DNA of 64,000 bases from an uncultured bacterium (GCA_963695095.1 CAVOFT010000001.1:3136001-3200000); one strand, 5' to 3'; counted from the stretch's first letter, positions 22,135 through 33,263 are shown. Notes: generated from the letters alone by a model not told the origin. Numbers and translations are program-made.

Positions 22135-22656
22135 CTAGGCGGCGGCGCCCTTCTGCTTGGCGATCTGGTCCAGAGCGTTGACCAGCCCCACGATGGTCGC
22201 GTTCAGCGTGCGCACCAGGCTGGACAGCGGGGCCTGCACGGTCCCCACCACCTGGGAAAGCAGCTGCTCGCGCCCGGGCAGGTCGGCGAGGGCGTGGACA
22301 CTGGCGGCATTGACGACCTGCCCATCCACGTACCCGGCCTTCAGCTCGAGCTTTCCAAACTCCTTGGAGAACTCCTTGAGCACCTTGGCGGGAGCGACCA
22401 GATCCTTGCTGTAGGCAATGGCGGTCGGCCCCCCGAAGTGCGCATTCAGCGCTTCCTTTGCGGTCCCCTCCACAGCGCGCCCCACTAGGGTGTTCTTGAC
22501 GACGCGAAACTTGACGTCAGCCACCCGGCAGCGACGGCGCAACTCGGAGATCTCCTCGACGTTGACGCCCGAAAAGTCGCTCAACACGACGGTGGCGGCC
22601 GATGCCAGATCCTCCGTCAGCGTGTCGACCAGCGCGACCTTCTTCGGATTGGGCAT
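22135..22656 (-). CDS. rplJ: 50S ribosomal protein L10
   Basis: VVKNTL; GPTAIAY; ALADLPGREQLL. Confidence 0.96.
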   Translation of the reverse strand: MPNPKKVALVDTLTEDLASAATVVLSDFSGVNVEEISELRRRCRVADVKFRVVKNTLVGRAVEGTAKEALNAHFGGPTAIAYSKDLVAPAKVLKEFSKEFGKLELKAGYVDGQVVNAASVHALADLPGREQLLSQVVGTVQAPLSSLVRTLNATIVGLVNALDQIAKQKGAAA

Positions 22657-22683
22657 GCTGCCCCTCCTGATCTCGAACGGTGT

Positions 22684-23382
22684 TTAGCTGAGCGCACCCA
22701 GATCGGCTTCATCCAGCCTGACCGCAGGGCCATTGCTGGAGCAAATGAAGGCCGACTTGAAGTACTTTCCCTTCGCAGACGCGGGCTTGACGCGCGCCAG
22801 CTCCAGGAAGAGCGTTCGCACGTTCTCCTCGAGCTGGGGCCCCTGGAAGGAGACCTTGCCGACAGGGACATGGATGTTCGATCCCTTGTCGATGCGGTAC
22901 TCCACCTTGCCCGCCTTGACTTCCCGCACGGCCTTGGCCACGTCCTGGGTGACGGTTCCGCTCTTCGGGTTGGGCATCAGTCCCCGCGGACCGAGAATCT
23001 TGCCCAGCTTGCCCACGTCCTTCATCATGTCCGGCGTCGTGATGATGACGTCGGTGTCGGCCCAACCGGCCTGGATCTTCTCCAGGTATTCGTCGGCGCC
23101 GACCAGGTCGGCGCCGGCCGCTTTGGCGGCCTCGGCGTGCTCGCCCTTGACCAGGGCCAGCACCCGGACCGTGCGACCGGTGCCGTTGGGGAGGACGACA
23201 GTGCCGCGGATCATCTGATCCGCGTGCCGGGGATTCACGCCCAACCGCGCGGAGACCTCGACCGTCTCGTCGTACTTGGCCTTGGCCATCTGCTTGACCA
23301 GGTCCACCGCCGTAGCGATGGTGTAGGCCGCCTCCGACTTCCGGAGCGTGGCAGCGTCGCGGTAGTTCTTCCCACGATTCAT
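22684..23382 (-). CDS. rplA: 50S ribosomal protein L1
   Basis: [32 protein letters not shown]. Confidence 0.98.
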   Translation of the reverse strand: MNRGKNYRDAATLRKSEAAYTIATAVDLVKQMAKAKYDETVEVSARLGVNPRHADQMIRGTVVLPNGTGRTVRVLALVKGEHAEAAKAAGADLVGADEYLEKIQAGWADTDVIITTPDMMKDVGKLGKILGPRGLMPNPKSGTVTQDVAKAVREVKAGKVEYRIDKGSNIHVPVGKVSFQGPQLEENVRTLFLELARVKPASAKGKYFKSAFICSSNGPAVRLDEADLGALS

Positions 23383-23504
23383 CGTAAGGTCCTCACGATC
23401 AGCTCAGCAGCAAACGGTTGATGTCGAAGAGGGCTGTCGGGACCGGGAGATGGAGAAGCTTGCCTTCCCCCTCAATGGAAGGCCCATGCACCCGGCGATC
23501 GAAG

Positions 23505-23939
23505 CTACCCTTTGATCTCGATTCCCATGCTGCGGGCAGTGCCCGCGATCATCTCCACCGCCGCGTTGATATCCGCGGCATTGAGATCTGAGGCCTTCAA
23601 TTCTGCGATTTCCTTGAGCTGGGCGGGGGTCACCTTGCCCACCTTGGTCCGGTTGGGCTCCCCCGATCCCTTTTCGAGCTTGGCGGCCCGCAGCAGAAGC
23701 ACCGCCGCGGGCGGCGTCTTCGTGATGAAGGTGAAACTGCGGTCGCCATACACGGTGATCACGCAGGGGGTCACGATACCCTGGGCGTTCTGCGTCTGGG
23801 CGTTGAAGGCCTTGCAGAACTCCATGATGTTCACCTGGTGCTGTCCCAGGGCCGGACCGACAGGCGGCGCCGGATTGGCCTGGCCGCCCTTGATCTGGAT
23901 CTTGACCTGCGCGACGATCTTCTTCTTGCTCTTGGCCAT
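23505..23939 (-). CDS. rplK: 50S ribosomal protein L11
   Basis: [23 protein letters not shown]. Confidence 0.98.
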   Translation of the reverse strand: MAKSKKKIVAQVKIQIKGGQANPAPPVGPALGQHQVNIMEFCKAFNAQTQNAQGIVTPCVITVYGDRSFTFITKTPPAAVLLLRAAKLEKGSGEPNRTKVGKVTPAQLKEIAELKASDLNAADINAAVEMIAGTARSMGIEIKG

Positions 23940-23992
23940 ATGCCTCTGCTCCTGCGCCCTGCAGCCCGCCCGCCGAGGGCCGAACCGCGGGT

Positions 23993-24694
23993 CTAGATGG
24001 GCTCCACCTGGAGGAAGTCGAGTTCCACCGGCGTTTCGCGCCCGAAAATGGTCACCATGACCTTCAGGGTCCCGCGCTCCTCGTTGACGTCGTCGACGAC
24101 GCCGTTGAACTCGCTGAAGGGCCCGTCGATGACGTGAATATGGTCCCCCACCCGGTAGGGAATCTCCGTGACCCGGTGCTCCTGCGGCCGCTCGATGCGG
24201 CCGAGGATGCGGTCCACCTCGTGCGGACGCAGCGGCACGGGGCGCCGGCTGCTATCGCGGGGATCGAGCCCGACGAAGCGCGTGACGCCGCTGATCTGGT
24301 TGACGAGGTGGTAGGCCTCGTCGCACATCTCCATCTCGACGAGGATGTAGCTCGGGAAGTACTTGCGGCTCGAGACCGTCTTCTTCCCCTGCTTCATCTC
24401 CGTCACTTCTTCGGTCGGCACCAGCACCTGGCCGAAACGCTCGTCCAGGCCCTCGACCTGAACGCGCTTGAGCAGGTTGCTGCGCACCTTGTTCTCGTGG
24501 CCGGAGTAGGTGTGGACGGCGTACCAGCGCAGACGAGGATTGCGGGCGCCCTCATCCCCTGCGGCAGGGGCAAGGCTCGCCACCTCGGCGACGGACTCCG
24601 CCTCCGGCTCCACGGCAAAGGGGCGCACCACCGGCTCGGGCCCGGCGTCCGCCGCCTCTTCCTGGCTGTCCTCTGCGCTGTGCTCTTCAAGCAT
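23993..24694 (-). CDS. nusG: Transcription antitermination factor NusG with N-terminal extension
   Basis: [37 protein letters not shown]; start position uncertain. Confidence 0.95.
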   Translation of the reverse strand: MLEEHSAEDSQEEAADAGPEPVVRPFAVEPEAESVAEVASLAPAAGDEGARNPRLRWYAVHTYSGHENKVRSNLLKRVQVEGLDERFGQVLVPTEEVTEMKQGKKTVSSRKYFPSYILVEMEMCDEAYHLVNQISGVTRFVGLDPRDSSRRPVPLRPHEVDRILGRIERPQEHRVTEIPYRVGDHIHVIDGPFSEFNGVVDDVNEERGTLKVMVTIFGRETPVELDFLQVEPI

Positions 24695-24714
24695 GGTTCG
24701 CCTTGTCCGTCGGG

Positions 24715-24909
24715 CTAACTGAGGAGTCGGATCAGACCGCTGAGCCCCGAATCGAGGATGCGGTCGACAACGAAGATGAAGGCCGTCACGATGATGGACG
24801 CCACGATCACCACCAGCGTGCTCTCCCTGAGCTCGTCGCGGGTGGGCCAGGTCACCTTGCCCATCTCCAGCCACACTTCGCGGAGGTATGTACGGATCCG
24901 CTCGATCAT
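24715..24909 (-). CDS. secE: Preprotein translocase subunit SecE
   Basis: EMGKVTWPTRDEL followed by one TM helix; lies between tRNA-Trp and nusG. Confidence 0.96.
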   Translation of the reverse strand: MIERIRTYLREVWLEMGKVTWPTRDELRESTLVVIVASIIVTAFIFVVDRILDSGLSGLIRLLS

Positions 24910-24954
24910 CGCTCGCTCACCTCTCTCGCTTACCGAGACCCCGCCCCGATCAGG

Positions 24955-25027
24955 CAGGCCAGGAGGGACTCGAACCCCCAACCCTCGGTTTTGGAGACCG
25001 ATGCTCTACCATTAGAGCTACTGGCCT
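24955..25027 (-). tRNA. tRNA-Trp(CCA)
   Basis: AGGCCAG/CTGGCCT acceptor stem, CT-CCA-AA loop, GTTCGAG T-loop. Confidence 0.97.
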
Positions 25028-25035
25028 GTGGAGCC

Positions 25036-25185
25036 CTACCGGGCTTCCTTGAACATCGTGTGCTTCCGCTCGCGCGCGCAGTATTTCTTCTGCTCGATGC
25101 GGTCCGGATGCAGACGCTTGTTCTTCGTCGTCGTGTACCAGGTCTTCTTGCACTCGCTGCAACGCAGCTTGACGATCTCACGCAT
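25036..25185 (-). CDS. rpmG: 50S ribosomal protein L33
   Basis: Manual translation MREIVKLRCSECKKTWYTTTKNKRLHPDRIEQKKYCARERKHTMFKEAR. Confidence 0.96.
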   Translation of the reverse strand: MREIVKLRCSECKKTWYTTTKNKRLHPDRIEQKKYCARERKHTMFKEAR

Positions 25186-25242
25186 TTCGGCTCCCGTGAC
25201 GAGTGCCAGCCGCGCCCTCCCTGGGGCGGCGCGGCGGCAGGA

Positions 25243-26433
<1,191 letters not shown>

Positions 26434-26513
26434 GGCGAATCAACCTCCTGACGGCACTGGGGCTCGTGGCCCGCTCGGTCCCTGTCGCTTTGCCGCGCAC
26501 GCTCTCGATCAGG

Positions 26514-26586
26514 AGCCCAGAATCGGATTCGAACCGACGACCTCATCCTTACCAAGGATGTGCTCTACCGACTGAGCTATCTGGGC
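26514..26586 (-). tRNA. tRNA-Thr(GGT)
   Basis: GCCCAGA/TCTGGGC stem, TT-GGT-AA loop, GTTCGAATC. Confidence 0.97.
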
Positions 26587-26606
26587 GCGCGACCCTTCAC
26601 ATACGG

Positions 26607-26680
26607 AGCGGGAAACGGGATTCGAACCCGCGACCCTCAGCTTGGAAGGCTGATGCTCTAGCCAGCTGAGCTATTCCCGC
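26607..26680 (-). tRNA. tRNA-Gly(TCC)
   Basis: GCGGGAA/TTCCCGC stem, CT-TCC-AA loop. Confidence 0.97.
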
Positions 26681-26718
26681 ATAATCACGGCTCCGGTCTC
26701 GAGCCGGAGCCTGTCGGG

Positions 26719-26800
26719 TGGAGGGGGGAGGATTTGAACCTCCGAAGGCATCGCCGACAGATTTACAGTCTGTTCCCTTTGACCGCTCGGGAACCCCTCC
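26719..26800 (-). tRNA. tRNA-Tyr(GTA)
   Basis: GGAGGGG/CCCCTCC stem, CT-GTA-AA loop, long variable arm. Confidence 0.97.
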
Positions 26801-26813
26801 GTTCCGACCGAGG

Positions 26814-26886
26814 AGCTGGTGAGAGGACTTGAACCCCCAACCCCCTCATTACAAGTGAGGCGCTCTACCAGTTGAGCTACACCAGC
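26814..26886 (-). tRNA. tRNA-Thr(TGT)
   Basis: GCTGGTG/CACCAGC stem, CT-TGT-AA loop; canonical Thr-Tyr-Gly-Thr-tuf order. Confidence 0.97.
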
Positions 26887-27030
26887 CTCGGCAGCCGTCT
26901 CTCGGCAAAACGGCGCACGGTCCACGGCGTCTCGTCTGCTCGCGCGCAGCGAGACCGCGTTGGCCTGACTTGGACGAATGATTGAAGTGGACCGCGCCCC
27001 AGCTTTTTGCAAAGAGAAAGCCGAAGCGGC

Positions 27031-27059
27031 ATGATAGGCCCGTAACTTCGCGTTGTCAA
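27031..27059 (-). promoter_or_regulatory. Sigma70-type promoter of the tRNA-tuf operon
   Basis: TTGACA-17 nt-TATCAT on the minus strand. Confidence 0.75.
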
Positions 27060-27105
27060 GGGCTTTCAGGCCGCAGGCCCCTGCAGGGGCGGGGACGGCG
27101 CCAGC

Positions 27106-28542
27106 TCAGAGCGGGCGCAGCCGCGAGCCCTCGGGGCCGTCCAGGACCTGGTAGCCGGCCGCCAGGATGGCCGCCCGCAGGCGGTCCGCCTCGGCCCAGT
27201 TCTTGGCCGCCCGGGCGGCGTCCCGCTCCGCCAGCAGGGCGAGCAGCTCGGCGGGCAGGGCCAGGCGCCGCTCCCGCGGCAGGCCCTCGCGAAAAAGGCC
27301 CAGCACCCCGGTCATCGTCGCCAGGGCGTCCCGGGCCGCCGTCAGGGCCGCCCGATCGGCCCGCAGGCCGGGGTCGTCCTCGTCCACGAGGCGGTTGAAC
27401 TCCCGCACCAGCTCGAAGAGGTGGCCGATGGCCCCGCCGCTGTTGAAGTCGTCGTCCATGGCCTCGCGCCAGCGCTCCAGGGCCTGGGCGGCCCCGCTGG
27501 CCAGGGCCCGGCTGGCCGGGCTGCTGGCCTCCAGCGCCTGCGGCGCCTCGGCGAGGCGCTCGTGCAGGGCCAGGCTGCACTCGCGGATCCGCTCCAGCCC
27601 TGACTTCGCTCGCTCGAGCTGGCCGGCCTCGAACTCGGCCCGGCTGCGGAAGTGCGTGGAGAGCAAGTAGAAGCGGATGACCTCCGGGTCCCAGGTCTCC
27701 AGGAGCTCGGCAACGGAGGTGTAGTTGCCCAGGGACTTGGACATCTTCTCGCCGCCCACGGTCACCAAGCCGTTGTGCAGCCAGAAGTTGACGAAGGGCT
27801 GACCGCTGGCCGCCTCCGACTGGGCCCGCTCGTTCTCGTGGTGGGGGAACTTCAGGTCCAGGCCGCCGCCGTGGAAGTCCAGGGTCTGGCCGCAGTACTT
27901 GGTGGACATCGCCGAGCACTCGATGTGCCAGCCCGGCCGGCCCCAGCCCCAGGGGCTGTCGAAGCCGGGCTCCTCGCGGGGCGCCTTCTTCCAGAGCGCG
28001 AAGTCCAGTTCGTCGCGCTTGCCCTCGCTGACCTCCACCCGCACGCCGCTGTAGAGCTCGTCCACCCGGCGGCCGGAGAGCCGGCCGTAGTCATTATAAG
28101 AGCGCACGTTGAAGTAGACGGCGTCCTCGGCCTCGTAGGCGTGGCCGCGGGCGATCAGGGCCTCGATGAGCGCCAGCATCTCGGGGATGTGCTCGGTGGC
28201 CCGCGGAAAGACGTGGGCGTCGAGGATGTTGAGGGCGCGGGCCTGCTCGAGGTAGAGGTCGATGTTGCGCTGGGCGATGGCCGTGTAGGGCAGGCCCTCC
28301 TCGGCCGCGCGGGCGATGATCTTGTCGTCGATATCCGTGAAATTCTGAACTAAAGTGACTTCGAAGCCCGAGAATTCCAGGTAGCGCCGCACGAGATCGC
28401 CGGTCAGCGCCGCCAGCATGTGGCCCAGGTGGGGCTCGCCCTGCACGGTCATCCCGCAGACGTACATGCCCACCCGGCCCGGCTGGATGGACTGGAAGGG
28501 CACCTTCGTCCGGCGGATGGGATCGTAAACGCGCAAGGACAT
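27106..28542 (-). CDS. cysS: Cysteine--tRNA ligase
   Basis: YVCGMTV..PHLGH; GRPGWHIECSAM; FPHHENE; KMSKSLGN. Confidence 0.98.
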   Translation of the reverse strand: MSLRVYDPIRRTKVPFQSIQPGRVGMYVCGMTVQGEPHLGHMLAALTGDLVRRYLEFSGFEVTLVQNFTDIDDKIIARAAEEGLPYTAIAQRNIDLYLEQARALNILDAHVFPRATEHIPEMLALIEALIARGHAYEAEDAVYFNVRSYNDYGRLSGRRVDELYSGVRVEVSEGKRDELDFALWKKAPREEPGFDSPWGWGRPGWHIECSAMSTKYCGQTLDFHGGGLDLKFPHHENERAQSEAASGQPFVNFWLHNGLVTVGGEKMSKSLGNYTSVAELLETWDPEVIRFYLLSTHFRSRAEFEAGQLERAKSGLERIRECSLALHERLAEAPQALEASSPASRALASGAAQALERWREAMDDDFNSGGAIGHLFELVREFNRLVDEDDPGLRADRAALTAARDALATMTGVLGLFREGLPRERRLALPAELLALLAERDAARAAKNWAEADRLRAAILAAGYQVLDGPEGSRLRPL

Positions 28543-28554
28543 GGCCGCCCCCCC

Positions 28555-29370
28555 TCAGGCCTTGGATTCCGGGCGCCCGCCCTCGGCCGCGGCGGAGGCC
28601 GAGCCGCGCAGCGCCGCGACGAGAGCCGCGGCGGCGCCGGGATCGACGGGATTGCGGGTCACGCGGCCCTGCTTGACCGCCGTGCCCACCAGCGCCCCGG
28701 CCGCCGTCTCCAGCAGGCGGCTCGCGTTCTCCGCGCTGAGCCCGCTGCCCACCAGCACGGGGATGGCCGGAAAGCGGGCGGCCAGGCGCTCGATCAGCTC
28801 CGGGTCCGGCTCCTCGCCGGTGGCTCGGCCCGAGACCAGCAGCGCATCGGCCCCCGCGCGCTCGACGAGGTCCTCGGCCTGGTGCAGGGGGTCGCGGTGG
28901 GCCGCCATCACGGCGTGCTTGACGTCCACGTCGGCGAAGAGGCGCACGCTGCTGTCCAGCGCCCGCCGCAGGCGCAGGATCTCGGCCGCCCGCCCCGCGA
29001 GCGTGCCCTGATCGCTGTGAGAGACCCCGCTGAGCACGTTGATGCGGATGAACTCGGCCTCGGCCGCCTGGGCGACGGCCAGGGCCGCCAGGCCGTCGTT
29101 GCGCAGGACGTTCACGCCGAGCGCCAGGCCCGGCTGGTCCAGGCGGATCGCCCGGGCGACGCGGGTCATCGCGGCCACGGTCTCGGGGCCCACACGGCCC
29201 GGCCAGAAGGGGGCGTCGCCGAAGTTCTCCACCACGAGCCCGTCGAAGCCGGCGCGGGCATAGGCACGGGCGTCCTTCAGCGCCCGGGCCTCGATGGCTT
29301 CCAGGCTCAGGCGGCTCTCGGGGCTGCCCGGCAGGGCCGGCAGATGGACGACACCGTAGAGGGTCTTCAC
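28555..29370 (-). CDS. BtpA/SgcQ family TIM-barrel protein
   Basis: GVVHLPALPGSP; VENFGDAPF; GVNVLRND; ADVDVKHA. Confidence 0.9.
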   Translation of the reverse strand: MKTLYGVVHLPALPGSPESRLSLEAIEARALKDARAYARAGFDGLVVENFGDAPFWPGRVGPETVAAMTRVARAIRLDQPGLALGVNVLRNDGLAALAVAQAAEAEFIRINVLSGVSHSDQGTLAGRAAEILRLRRALDSSVRLFADVDVKHAVMAAHRDPLHQAEDLVERAGADALLVSGRATGEEPDPELIERLAARFPAIPVLVGSGLSAENASRLLETAAGALVGTAVKQGRVTRNPVDPGAAAALVAALRGSASAAAEGGRPESKA

Positions 29371-30428
29371 GCGCGCTCGTTCTCCAGGGCAAGGCGAGCA
29401 ATCTCCGCCACCAAGGCGGGGAAGTCAAGCCCGGCGGCCGCAGCCGCCATCGGGAAGAGGCTGGTCTCCGTCATGCCGGGAATCGTGTTCACCTCGAGAC
29501 AGAAGGGCGTGCCGTCCGGTGCGAGGCGGAAGTCCACGCGGGCCAGGTGCCGGCAGCCGAGCAGGCGCCAGGCCGCGAGCGCGTCGGCCTGGACGCGGGC
29601 GGCCAGCGCGGCCGGCAGGTCGGCCGGGCAGGCGTAGCGGGTGCGGCCCTTCTCGTACTTGTGCTCGTAGTCGTAGAGGCCGCCCGTCGCGAGGATCTCC
29701 ACGAGCGGCAGCGCGCGGCCGCCGAGCACGGCCGCCGTCAGCTCGCGGCCGGGGATGAAGGTCTCCACGAGAAGCTCGCCCGAGACGGCGAGGACGCCGG
29801 GCAGCGCGGCCAGGGCCGCCTCGCGGCTCTCCAGCACGGCCAGGCCCACGCTCGAGCCCTCGCGGTTGGGCTTGATCACCGCGGGCCAGCCGGGATCGGC
29901 CTCGATGCGCCGGGCCAGCTCCTCAATATAGAGGGGATCGCCCTCGCGGCGGGCCGGCACCTCGATGAGGTAGCCCGCCGGCACGGCCAGGCCGCCGTCG
30001 CGGAAAAGCGCCTTGCTGCGCCACTTGTCCATGGCCAGGGCGCTGGCGGCCATGCCGCAACCCGTGTAGGGCACGCCGAGCCAGTCCAGCAGGGCCTGCA
30101 CGGTGCCGTCTTCGCCGCTGCCCCCGTGCAGGGCGTTGAAGACGAGATCCGGCCGCCAGCCGCCGCCTTCCTGTCGCGGGGCGAGTGCCTGGCTCAGGGC
30201 CTGCGGCGCGGGCAGGGCCTCGGCCGCCGGCCCGCCAGCGCCGTCGCGCGTCTCGGGCAGGGCCTTGAACGCGGCCAGGGGCAGGGCCGGCCGCTCGGGA
30301 CGGCCGGTGTCGAGCAGGCGCAGATCCCAGCCGAGCCCCTCCAGAGCGCCGGCCACGGCCAGGCCCGTTTTCAGGCTGATGGCGCGCTCGTTCGAGCGGC
30401 CGCCAACGAGAACCACGATGCGCGCCAT
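29367..30428 (-). CDS. ddl: D-alanine--D-alanine ligase
   Basis: GGRSNERAIS; ALHGGSGEDGTVQ; KPNREGSSVG; YDYEHKY; EVNTIPGMT. Confidence 0.95.
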   Translation of the reverse strand: MARIVVLVGGRSNERAISLKTGLAVAGALEGLGWDLRLLDTGRPERPALPLAAFKALPETRDGAGGPAAEALPAPQALSQALAPRQEGGGWRPDLVFNALHGGSGEDGTVQALLDWLGVPYTGCGMAASALAMDKWRSKALFRDGGLAVPAGYLIEVPARREGDPLYIEELARRIEADPGWPAVIKPNREGSSVGLAVLESREAALAALPGVLAVSGELLVETFIPGRELTAAVLGGRALPLVEILATGGLYDYEHKYEKGRTRYACPADLPAALAARVQADALAAWRLLGCRHLARVDFRLAPDGTPFCLEVNTIPGMTETSLFPMAAAAAGLDFPALVAEIARLALENERA

Positions 30429-30506
30429 GCTGCCTCCGCGAGATGATGTCCCCTGGCCGCGCAGCCTAGCATGGGCTCGAGCGGCCGCCCAAGCGATTCG
30501 CAGGGC

Positions 30507-31376
30507 CTAGCCGTCGGCCTCCAGGGCCCGCCGGGACTCGGCGAACTGGGCCTTGGTTTCCGCCGAGAGCTCGGGATAGCGCAGGCGCATGCGCCGGAGC
30601 GCCGAGACCACGATCTCGGCCACGGCCAGGCGGGCGAAGGGCTGGTCGTCGGCGGGGATGGCGAACCAGGGCGCCCAGGACCGGCTGGTCGCGGCGAGCG
30701 TCTCGCCGAAGGCGGCGAGGTAGTCGTCCCAGCGCCGGCGCTCGGCAAGGTCGCCGGGGTCGAACTTCCATTGCTTGTGCGGGCGGTTCAGGCGCGAGAG
30801 CAGGCGACGGCGCTGCTCCCTGCGCGAGACGTTGAGCCAAAATTTGAGCACCATGGTGCCGTTGCGCGCCAGGTGCTGCTCGTAGTCGCGGATGGAGGCA
30901 TAGCGCTCCTGCCAGAGCTCCTCCAGGGGCAGCTCCCGCGGCAGCTTCTGGGCGACGAGGAACTCGGGGTGCACGCGCACGACGAGCACTTCCTCGTAGT
31001 AGCTGCGGTTGAAGACGCCGATCATGCCCCGCTCGGGCAAATGGCAGCTGCAGCGCCAAAGGAAGTCGTGGGCCAGTTCCTCCACGCTGGGCTTCTTGAA
31101 GCTCGTCACGCGGCAGCCCGAGGGGTTCACGCCGGTGAGCAGGTGGCGGATCGTGCTGTCCTTGCCCGCGGCGTCCAGGGCCTGGAAGATGAGCAACAGG
31201 GAGTGCCGGCCCTCGGCGTAGAGCAGCTGCTGCAGGGAGGTCAGCTCGGCAACCTGCTTCGCGAGCGCCTCCTTGCAGGCCTTGGCCCCCGGCGCCTGCC
31301 GGGGCGCGCCCGTGGGATGCCGCCGCGCGTCGAACTTCCCATCGAAGGGCACGCGGTAGGGCGAGGCTTCGATCAT
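30507..31376 (-). CDS. Polyphosphate kinase 2 family protein (class III-like)
   Basis: FQALDAAGKDSTI; SFKKPS.EEL.HDFLWR; FNRSYYEEVL. Confidence 0.93.
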   Translation of the reverse strand: MIEASPYRVPFDGKFDARRHPTGAPRQAPGAKACKEALAKQVAELTSLQQLLYAEGRHSLLLIFQALDAAGKDSTIRHLLTGVNPSGCRVTSFKKPSVEELAHDFLWRCSCHLPERGMIGVFNRSYYEEVLVVRVHPEFLVAQKLPRELPLEELWQERYASIRDYEQHLARNGTMVLKFWLNVSRREQRRRLLSRLNRPHKQWKFDPGDLAERRRWDDYLAAFGETLAATSRSWAPWFAIPADDQPFARLAVAEIVVSALRRMRLRYPELSAETKAQFAESRRALEADG

Positions 31377-31437
31377 GGCATCCTCCTCAGCTAGTCCGGC
31401 AGCCGGCCGGCCCGCCCCCGGGGGCGGGCGGCGGCGC

Positions 31438-31848
31438 TCAGTCGGCCGTGGCTTCCGCTGCCGGCAGGGCCGGCCGCACCTTGAAGACGCGCTCTTTGCG
31501 AATCTCGACCGTGCCGCGCGGCGCGCCGCGGGGCTTGGTCACGTACTGGGCCTGGGTACCCGACACCGCCACCGTCCCGCCCGCCCGCGCCTTGCTGTGC
31601 CAGGCGGCCACGGCGGCGGCGGCTTCCAGCGCTTCGCGCGGCGGCTCGTCGCCCGCGTCCCCCACCTGGAGCAGCACATGGCTGCCCGGCATGCCCCGCA
31701 CGTGGAACCACCAGTCGCGCGCCCGGGCGATCTTGAGGCTGAGCCGCTCGTTGTCGGCGTCGGTCTTGCCGGCCAGCACGGTCCAGCCGCCGGGCAGCGT
31801 GTAGACGAAGAGGTCCGCCAGCGCGCGGGGATCGACGGGCGGGCTCAC
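31438..31848 (-). CDS. NFACT RNA-binding domain protein (DUF814)
   Basis: AGKTDADNERLS; DWWFHVRGMPGSHV; VTKPRGAPRGTV. Confidence 0.88.
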   Translation of the reverse strand: MSPPVDPRALADLFVYTLPGGWTVLAGKTDADNERLSLKIARARDWWFHVRGMPGSHVLLQVGDAGDEPPREALEAAAAVAAWHSKARAGGTVAVSGTQAQYVTKPRGAPRGTVEIRKERVFKVRPALPAAEATAD

Positions 31849-32546
31849 GCCGCGGCCTCCCCCGACCGCGTAGCGGCTTCGCGCACGCGGGCCTGGGCGT
31901 AGTAGATGAAGAGCAGGGCCACCGGGAAGGCAAGCAGCAGGTCCCAGCCGCAGTCGACGAGCCCCGCCACCCACCAGCGCGCGCTCAGCGCCTCGCCGAA
32001 GCGCAGGTCCACCCACCAGCTCAGGCCGAGCACGGCCAGCACCGGCAATTGCCAGGCGGCGAGCAGCTCCAGGCGATGCCCCTCGGTGAGAGCCAGGCTC
32101 CGCGCCCGCGCCTCGGAGGGACTGAGGCCCTCGAAGAGCACGACGGCGTCGGCCAGGGCCCAGCGGGACAGGAGCCAGAGTCCCGGCACGATGAAGGCCA
32201 CGAGGCCCACGCCCACGAGAATCTGGATGATCAGCCGATTGGCGAAGAGCAGGCCGTAGCGCCGCCAGGCCGCGGCCATCGCGCCCGCGTAGCCCGCCTT
32301 CCCGCCGTAGAGCGACTCGCGCATGAGCGCGAAGAGCGCGCCGACAACGAGGGGCGCGCAGAGCAGGTCGTAGGCGAGGCCGATGGACAGCAGGGGCGGA
32401 GACATCTCCTCCCAGCCGCGCTGCTCGACGAGGTAGTTCAGGAGCAGGTTGCCGGGCAGCCAGAGCGTGAGGACGATGAGGGCGGCGGCGACGCCCCGGC
32501 CCAGGAGCAGCCGCGCCGCGGCGTCCAGCTTGTCGAACATGCGCAC
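31845..32546 (-). CDS. Integral membrane protein, unknown function
   Basis: About five hydrophobic segments; FIVPGLW..RWALA..VVLFEG pattern; overlaps the next gene. Confidence 0.7.
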   Translation of the reverse strand: MRMFDKLDAAARLLLGRGVAAALIVLTLWLPGNLLLNYLVEQRGWEEMSPPLLSIGLAYDLLCAPLVVGALFALMRESLYGGKAGYAGAMAAAWRRYGLLFANRLIIQILVGVGLVAFIVPGLWLLSRWALADAVVLFEGLSPSEARARSLALTEGHRLELLAAWQLPVLAVLGLSWWVDLRFGEALSARWWVAGLVDCGWDLLLAFPVALLFIYYAQARVREAATRSGEAAA

Positions 32547-32579
32547 TCCCGAGATGGCGGTCCCAGAGGCGAGACCCTA

Positions 32580-33119
32580 TCACGCGCCGCCGAACTTGTC
32601 GCGGATCTCCTTGCTGAAGGGCTCCGAGGCGCCGCGGGCGATGCTGAGCGAGGACCAGCTCTCGGCCGTGTAGTGCTTGGCCAGCAGCACGATCTGCCCG
32701 ACGTGGTAGGCCGTGTGCGCCAGGCTGCGGTGGAGCGCATTCTCGACGCTGTGCGGCTCGCCGCGGATGCTGACCTGGCGGCCTAGATCCCCTTCGCCGA
32801 GGCCGTCCAGGGCCTCGATGAGCCGGGCCCAGCCGGCCTGCCAGGCGGCCATCAGCGAGTCTCGCGTGTCGTCCGGCTCGCGCTGGAACTCGCGGTCGCG
32901 GTGGCGGTCCGGCTTGTCGCCGTCGCTGGTGAGGAAGTCCGTGAAGCGCGAGCGCAGGTTGCCGGCGACGTGCTTCACCAGAAGCGCGGAGCTGTTGGAC
33001 TCCCAGTCCAGGCTGCGGAAGAAGTCCTCATCGCCGAGACGTTCCAGGGCGCGCTCGGCGAGTTGCTTGTGCTCGAAAAAGCGCGCGCGCAGATCCGCGA
33101 GCGCGGGAGCGGTCGACAT
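32580..33119 (-). CDS. DUF1572 / DinB-like protein
   Basis: ESNS.ALLVKHVAGNLRSRFTDFLTSDGDKPDR.RDREF; HTAYHVGQIV. Confidence 0.88.
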   Translation of the reverse strand: MSTAPALADLRARFFEHKQLAERALERLGDEDFFRSLDWESNSSALLVKHVAGNLRSRFTDFLTSDGDKPDRHRDREFQREPDDTRDSLMAAWQAGWARLIEALDGLGEGDLGRQVSIRGEPHSVENALHRSLAHTAYHVGQIVLLAKHYTAESWSSLSIARGASEPFSKEIRDKFGGA

Positions 33120-33263
33120 AGCGACACCTCTGGGTGGCGGGAAGCCGACCGGAGTCTCGCAGCTTTGGGTGCTGAGCGCCAGACCAAAGGCCCGTGCTGT
33201 CACAGGGAGATCATATGATCGGGAGCGGGATTTCCGCGGCTGGCGGCGGGCCTGTCCGTCGGC

